From: Folioceros fuciformis
Taxonomy: Eukaryota
Assembly (NCBI GenBank): GCA_049999805.1
Contig: JBNGIO010005634.1
Location: 48,330 to 68,329 of the forward strand
Direction: 5' to 3'
Length of the DNA: 20,000 nucleotides
Made by a program: the position numbers and the translations under genes. The stretch's first letter is position 1. Each line of letters starts with the position of its first letter. The notes below the pieces were generated by a model that worked only from the letters and a program-made list of their open reading frames with translations, was not told where the DNA came from and did not search any database. Of the stretch, positions 1-7,400 are shown piece by piece.

Positions 1-165
1 GAAAATAGGTACATTACGCACAACATAGTGCTAGTGTGTAGTGCCTTGTACCATTTTTACACTATACATGCAATCACATACGTGATATATAAAACAGGAT
101 GAAGTGAGAGAGTCCATGATAGAACTTTGCGGCTAGTGCAAAAGATGTGATAGGTATCATTCCCC

Positions 166-265
166 NNNNNNNNNNNNNNNNNNNNNNNNNNNNNNNNNNN
201 NNNNNNNNNNNNNNNNNNNNNNNNNNNNNNNNNNNNNNNNNNNNNNNNNNNNNNNNNNNNNNNNN
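166..265. other. Assembly gap (100 N)
   Basis: Run of N; exactly 100 N usually denotes a gap of unknown size. Confidence 0.99.
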
Positions 266-269
266 CTCA

Positions 270-353
270 CAAGTACAAGTGCTTGCGAAACAAATGTGTT
301 ACAAATCACCCCAAGTACAAGTGCTTGCGAAGCAAATGTATTACAAATCACCC
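270..353. repeat. 42-bp tandem repeat, two near-identical copies, abutting an assembly gap
   Basis: CAAGTACAAGTGCTTGCGAA(A/G)CAAATGT(G/A)TTACAAATCACCC at 270-311 and 312-353, with 2 mismatches. Confidence 0.9.
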
Positions 354-599
354 CTTTTCGTTACACTAAACTATAACATGGATGCCCTACATGTACTAGA
401 GACATGACTCTCCATGCCACACCTTTTGCTCCATGTCTACTCACTTACATATCAACCATAATTAGCGATAGCTTGTGTTTGAAGCTTTGGATTCAACCTT
501 CACACTTACTCATTTCCTCTGAGGTGCAAGAACAAGCCCAAGGTCATATAATCACAACCTCATGATCGTATTCTTGCAAAATCAAGTTCTTGTTCTTGC

Positions 600-2120
600 A
601 GATCATGATCATTCATCCATTTCTATGATAAGATCAGATCTTGATCATACTCACTCAAGATGGTGATTTTCCTAGATCAAAATCATGGAAGAGATTTGTT
701 TTTTTCCATGGCCATGACTCTTAAGAAGAATGGACGAAGCCTAAATAGAACTAATGACTCGTATTCTGGCTTTGTGCGCATCCTTTGTCACAATCCCACA
801 GTAGTTAGCTCTTGTTCATTGGTTCTCTCTAAAGAACCCACTCCAATAATAGAGGTTTGGGATGTGGAAGCTGCAACTTAATTGCTAGTGGTTGGAATGA
901 CTTTCCTTTATTATTTGCTCACATGACACCTTGACCTGTGAATTTACATAAAACCTTGAACTTTAGGGTCACTTACAAAGAGTGACAATTGTCACTCTCT
1001 GTTGCAGCTATCCTGGCACTCTCTATTGCGTCCTCTATAGCCATTGTCTTCTCTTACTTCTTGAAGGAGTGAGTGATATGAGCTCCTTCGTTTAGTAGTC
1101 CCTCTTAAACTCCCTTAGAGTCTTCCAAATTTGGAACGTTTTCTTCCTTTAGGGACTCTAAAGGCTTTAAAATTTTTGAAGAATAAAAAGTGAAGTTTGT
1201 ATCGACCTATTAAAGATCTTCCCTTATCATTCTTCAAAGTCCTTTGTATTCAAGCATTTCCTCTAGATCTTCCTTTGGGAAGTTTACATGCCTAGCCACT
1301 GGTGCTTGCATTGTTCATTAGTGATCCTTTAGTTTAACCACATCCAAAGTAATAACTTTCATTGTGTTGATCTTTAATTTTGCAATCTTCTTTAGCTGCC
1401 TCCCTAGCGTGGTTATTTGTGCTTGAAGCTATTGAATGCCCTTCAGCATGTGATGCCTCCCTCAAGGCTGGGTTCCCTACCTTGATCTTCTTCAATATAT
1501 TTCTTAGCTCTGACATCTACATGGCTATCTTCAAGGTTAATTCTTGCTTCTTGTGGCTTAATGGCTAAAACCTCAATGTGTTGATCTGGAACCGAGTCTA
1601 TTGAGCAAAGATATCCTTGTCTCTCTTGTTTTTAGCTCATTGCATAGCTTGATGACTCCCTTTGGCTTGGGCAAAAATGTAGTTCTAAGTGATTCCTATT
1701 GCTCCAAGGCCTACTTGATGTGTCCAATTGCATCCTTTGTCGTCTTGCTGAGATGCTCTAATTCCACTAGTCTAGCTTGCACCACCTCTAGGGCCTAAAT
1801 GCTCTTTTCCATGACAATAGCCCGGTCCAAAGCTGCCTTAGCTATGACTTCCACCACCCTAGCCCGTCCCATGGTAGTGCAAATCTTCTTCTTGGCCTTT
1901 TGTGTCTTCGTTTGTTCTATTGCGAGATGGGTTCTTATTGATGTTGTAAAGGGGTAGACAACAAGAGGCGCTTGGGTGTAAGGGAAAGAGGAGGAGCTAT
2001 TAGGGTGACTCAAAGGAAGAGGGTATGGTAGGAGGCCGAGGCATGACAAAGGTGGAAGATAGGGAGAAGGAGGAGGAAACGTCTCTTCTTGAGAAATCAT
2101 TTGAGTGATAGCCAATTATT
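600..2120 (-). mobile_element. Probable decayed transposon-derived coding remnant (gag-like or coiled-coil), multiple stops
   Basis: The minus strand is purine-rich with broken ORF pieces (1795-2115, 1334-1516) encoding a Pro-rich then coiled-coil-like peptide interrupted by stops (…ALDRAIVMEKSI*ALEVVQARLVELEHL…). There is no intron structure. No diagnostic RT/INT motif, LTR or PBS was found, so the class is inferred. Confidence 0.35.
979..998. repeat. Perfect 20-bp palindrome
   Basis: AGAGTGACAATTGTCACTCT is its own reverse complement. Confidence 0.9.
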
Positions 2121-3474
2121 TAGGCTATCTCCCATGCCATACCTCAATTAACAAAGGTTATGTCGAAGTCGTCACATGAAACAAATAGCAAAACAATTGC
2201 AACACCATGATTCATGCAAACTATCCACTAGTGCACGGAAGACCCCCCCTCCCAGAATGTGGTATAACACCTCGTGTAGTTCCCCTCCTATATCAAGTTA
2301 ATAGCAAATAAGGTGTGAGCGTCCATCTCTTTGTTTTCCTCAAACAAGAAAACTTATCTCATTGTTCTTAGTGCAGTTTGATGACCCTACTATTTTGGGT
2401 TTAGATTGACCTGAATTTAAATTTTAAACTAACTTTCTAAGTAACTTTCTAAGAAATTGGTATCTACCCATCTCCATGTGAGGACTCATAGGACTTTTGT
2501 CCTCCATGTGCAAATCTTGTATAGTCATGGTTGTCAATACCCATATCTGCTTGTAAGTAATGTGAACATGAACTTACAGAAATAAGTGAAATTATTTACA
2601 TATGCTTCAAGGTACATAAACATATATAAAAAATATAATAGAAATTTTTTGAGGGCAGTATGAGAATCCTTTTTCCCTGCCACGACCCAAGAATATCTTG
2701 GTTATGGCTTTAGTTGTGTCCCACGACTCCGGAGTTTTGTTCTCCGGCTGTCCCACATCACCGGGGATACACATTGACAAAAAAAGACGAGGAAACGGGA
2801 AAAGAAAGCACTCGGAAGCTGCACGGGAAGCTTCGCCAGGCTGTAAGGTCGCAATGTTGCAACGATAATGGGCGCTCTGGTTGGCTGTCGGGAAAGCAGC
2901 CTCCTCCCCTGATGAAGGTTTTATCGCCTTTGACTGGGGTCCGCACGGGCCTTTGCTCATATATTAGTAAATGGGCACACCGCCGCCGTTTGAAGAAAGA
3001 GAGAAGACAGAGGCTGGAGGCGAAATCATTCGGTATGCATACTGCACTCTCCTGTCCTTCAGGTGCAACCGAAGGCGGAAGTGTCTGTCCATACCGACAT
3101 CTCAGTCTCTGATGTCTCAATCGCGCGTTGCAGTTGGAGACGCGAATCCATGACTGGTGTAGCCGAACCTTCCGTTTGGTCTTCGGTGTGCCAACGTCTC
3201 AGCGGCCTGGTAGTTTGACTTATTTGATCCAGTGCTTGCTCGGAACTTCATTGTTGTTCGTATGGAGGTGTGGATTCATTCCTTGCCGTAGCTGCGACAG
3301 CTTGTTTCATTTGTGTGCGGCGCAGGAGTGTGTAATGTGGTGTGCGCAGTCGTCAGAAGGCAATTCTGCATCAGATTCGGAGGCCTGTTGGTTTGATTGG
3401 CGCTGAGATTTGATCTGTGGCTTGCACGCAGTGTTTAATGACTTGATACGAGCTGTGGATTCGGAAGGTGGAAA

Positions 3475-4434
3475 ATGGCGGACAGGCGAGGGGAGGTTGC
3501 GCCGGGAGGTCCTCGCCGGAGCGTGGGTACGAGAGATGGGGAGGTTCCCAGGCTGGAGAGAGGAGGGAGCAGGGGGGAAGGCGGGCTGCCTCAACGCCCT
3601 GGTGTAGATCCTGTGCTAGGACGCGCCAGGTCTGCCAGCTCGAATCCGTTTGTGGACGACCCGGCCATGGCCGGTAGGACTGAGCCGCTTCCACCAAATG
3701 CTCCTCCTCCTGCGGACGAGCTTTTATGGAATCCACTTCTCAGTCGGAGCGGGGCTCGCTCCAGGGGATCCAATTCGGGCAGGCGGTCACAGGCAGAGGA
3801 CTCTGCTCGGTGGAATCCGCTGCTGTCCCGGGCCGGATCGCGCCACAGTCAGCCACTGGGGGATGATGCTTGGAATCCCGTTCTCAGTCGAGCGAGGTCG
3901 GGGAGCTCCAACATAGGGATGGACTACGTGCGTGGAGCCTCTACCAACGATGGCTCTGTTATGGCAGCCGCCACTGCGTTTGACCCATCTGTCTTGTTGC
4001 AGGAGGGTCTCGGGGAATGGAAGGATCGTAATTTCAATCTTGCCTACATCAAGAAGGTGCAGAGTTTCAAAGGAAGGAATGTTGAGGAGCTGATGAGAAG
4101 TGCGAGCCGAGGTGCTGAGGAGAAGGGGCAGGGGGAGACTGTGGAGGAGCCTGTCAGGATGGACTACTCTTTGGACCTTCCCAAGGACTTCTACGATGTT
4201 CTGGCAGCTGCACCGCACGCTGCTTTGATACATCTTGTCATCCTCTACCATCAGGCGCTTTGGAAGAAAGGTTTTCTCTCCGAAGCAGATAAGATTGCAA
4301 GGACCTTGTCGGAGCTCCGCATTCCAGACCAGATATCTCAGACGGAGCTGAGGGGCATGGATCTTCTGCTCAAAGATGGGCTGTTGCAGTACATGCAGCG
4401 TGTCAGCCCACATTTGCCAGTTATTCCCACCCAG
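3475..4434 (+). other. ABCG exon 1: 320-codon N-terminal extension (low-complexity R/G/S-rich region with repeated WNP[LV]LSR motif, followed by a helical segment)
   Basis: ATG at 3475 in a good context (GAAA-ATG-G), open frame to a CAG|GT donor at 4434/4435. The next exon continues PTQ-IVKFKSLSYS, matching the PDR 'P.vEVRFenLsv' entry into NBD1. Confidence 0.75.
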
Positions 4435-7400
4435 GTTGGTGCTGTGTCCTTCTCTTCTGCTATGGTGACCGCATGGGCCATGTCTTTATTTTGCAAGCGA
4501 GGTTGTTATCTGAAGGGGAACTGTTTGGCTTTCAGATTGTCAAGTTCAAAAGTCTCTCTTACAGTCGGGAAGTGGTCAGACCGGATATTCCGTATGAGAC
4601 CATGTACACCAAGGTGAGCAGGAGTGGTACATGTCACCGTAGTGAATCCCCCCAACATCGTGACATCTCACGGAGTGGGTTCTTACGCTTGCTGACAGGT
4701 GATGGGTTGTATTGCTGGGCCCTTGAAGAAAAAACCTGTCCCTGAGACGGTTCACTTTCTCAAAGATGTCACAGGCTACTTGATGCCGGGCACGCTCACT
4801 CTGATTGTAGGTAATGGTGGAGCGAACCCATGTGTCGTCATCGTCCAACTCCGACTTCGTAGTACGTAGCATTTTTTGTTCTTAGATTTGTCCATGAAGG
4901 CTTAACCTTCTCCGCACGCTCTCTGGTACAGGTCCTCCTGGTTGTGGTATGAGTATTCTGCTGAAGTTGTCTGCTGGTCGTCATCCTCTGCCGGGTGCCC
5001 ACGTTGAGGGCAGTGTCACCTACAACAATAAGGAAGTCAGTGGTCTCCTGTACCAACGCCTTGCTGGTGTTATTGAAAATCGGGACGTCCATCTCGCTAA
5101 CTTGACTGTGCGGGAAACTTTGGAGTTCGCCAGAGATGTGTCACTGGCTTGGAGTCCTAAGATGTATGGGCCAGAATTGCTGCGAATGTTATCCGAGGCT
5201 CTCGAAGCTGGACAAGATCCGAAACTGGAGCTTACCCTCAGCATGTTGGGTTTGAAAAGGGTTGCTGACCGCCCTGTGGGGGCACAACTGACGGAAGATG
5301 AAAGACACCGCTTGACAGCAGCGGAGGTGGTGGCAGGGGCCTATGCTGTTTATCTTTTCGATCAACTGAATGCTGGCCTGGATGATTCGGTAACGTATGA
5401 CCTCGTGAACAGCCTTCGGATCTTCACCCGTGTCCGCCATTTCACTGTGATGGCTTCACTGTTTCAGCCATCGGCTGAAGTGTACGACCTTTTCGACAGA
5501 GTCATCGTTCTGGACAAAGGGCAGGTGGTGTTCCAGGGTCCTCGCGAAGATGTGTTACCATATTTTGAAAAACTTGGGTAAACTCCATGCGAAGGGTTGC
5601 TTTCTGAAGGTTTCTACTCTGCTGCGGGTCTGCTTGATCAATGCATTTACAGTGGCGACTGCACTGTTGTGTTGGCAGATATTTTAAGCCAATTCATCTG
5701 GGAATTGGTGAATTTTTGGGTGAAGTCACCACTGAGGAGGGTAGACAGTACCTTCGGAATGGCTTTCCGCCACTCAGCTTGGATGATTTCGTAACTGCCT
5801 TTCGTGCATCCGATGCCTATGCACACATTTGTCAAGTTGTAGACAGTCCAGTCCTGACGCAGCAGGTCTGGGTGCAGGTAAATTGCTGCGTTTTGCATGG
5901 TTTCAAGTTTGTTGTAATGTCAAGATTCAGCACTTCAAAACACAGCTGTGTCTGCAAGCGAAGAAAGAAGCAAAAATTTTTGGAAGTTTCTTCTGAGTCT
6001 CATCGGGCTCCTCATGGCAGGGTTCTCAGCCTATCGGGTTAGACCTTGTAGATCGTCAGGACACGCTCGGCGCCACGGAGCTTCCTTCAACAGTGGTTGC
6101 AGGGCTATCTGCTACTAGCAGTCTTCAGACTACATCAATGGATCAAACCTTAGAGGTCCAGCCTGGTGACGAAGTTGTTGCGTTTGGAGGGCCTTCAGAA
6201 ACTTTGCACTACTTGAAGGCAGAAAACCTGTCAGCAACTGAAGTAAGAAGGGCCATCGATCAGATTCAGGGCCCCGTGCGTTTGCAACTTCAGAGAACTG
6301 TGAAGGAGGTGTGTGCTTCGTGTCATGGTTCTGTTGGTTTGACTGTAACCCTTCACCTGCCTAGTCTCTGGTGTAATGCTGCTGATCCTACAAATGGTGG
6401 AGGTGTAATTGATTGTTATGACCTGGCGAGCAGGTAGATAACGACACAATCAACCGACAATTCACGGAGGATTACATTCTGAGTCCTGGTAGTGAATTCA
6501 GGAGACTTTTACAACGGGAGGTGACAGTCGCCTGGAGGAATAAGTTTTCTCTGGGTCTACGCCTATTTCAGGTCTGTTCTCCCAAGTTTTGACTGCCCGC
6601 ATGATTTTCATAGCTGCAGCATTACTTTGCATAACCGTTGTACATTTCTAAGCTCGTGTTACTGTTGTGCAGATACTTTTGATGAGCTTGTTCACAGGTT
6701 TCATCTTCTTCCGTGTGCGAAATAAACCGAAGCAAAATAATATGAATTTGTTACGGGGCTCATATTTTGTCTCACTTCTGAACATGACGTTGTTCAATCT
6801 GGGACAAATCCCTGTTTTGATGGAGGAGAGGGCAATTTACTACAAGCAGCAAGGCCAACACTTCTATCGTCCCTCAACTTTCCTGTTTGCAAAGATTTTT
6901 GGAAGCATGCCAGTTTCGTTGGCTGAGGTACAGCTCTTATTCTGATTCTTGCTGTCACTTTGGTACGTTAGTCCCTCTAGGTCTTCTAATTGCTTCCCTT
7001 GGTCTTCCAGGCAACAGTGTGGACCTTGATAGTGTATTACACGACGGGCCAAACTTTGTCGGNNNNNNNNNNNNNNNNNNNNNNNNNNNNNNNNNNNNNN
7101 NNNNNNNNNNNNNNNNNNNNNNNNNNNNNNNNNNNNNNNNNNNNNNNNNNNNNNNNNNNNNNNNNNNNNNNNNNNNNNNNNNNNNNNNNNNNNNNNNNNN
7201 NNNNNNNNNNNNNNNNNNNNNNNNNNNNNNNNNNNNNNNNNNNNNNNNNNNNNNNNNNNNNNNNNNNNNNNNNNNNNNNNNNNNNNNNNNNNNNNNNNNN
7301 NNNNNNNNNNNNNNNNNNNNNNNNNNNNNNNNNNNNNNNNNNNNNNNNNNNNNNNNNNNNNNNNNNNNNNNNNNNNNNNNNNNNNNNNNNNNNNNNNNNN

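Noticed and set aside
270-353. Possible CRISPR-like repeat array
   Set aside because: The copies are directly contiguous with no spacers, there are only two units, the context is eukaryotic and there are no cas genes.
2607-3406. Several 60-130 aa ORFs upstream of the ABCG start
   Set aside because: No recognisable similarity; most likely promoter, 5' UTR or UTR-intron sequence.
3787-4413. 208-aa - strand ORF
   Set aside because: Antisense shadow of ABCG exon 1.
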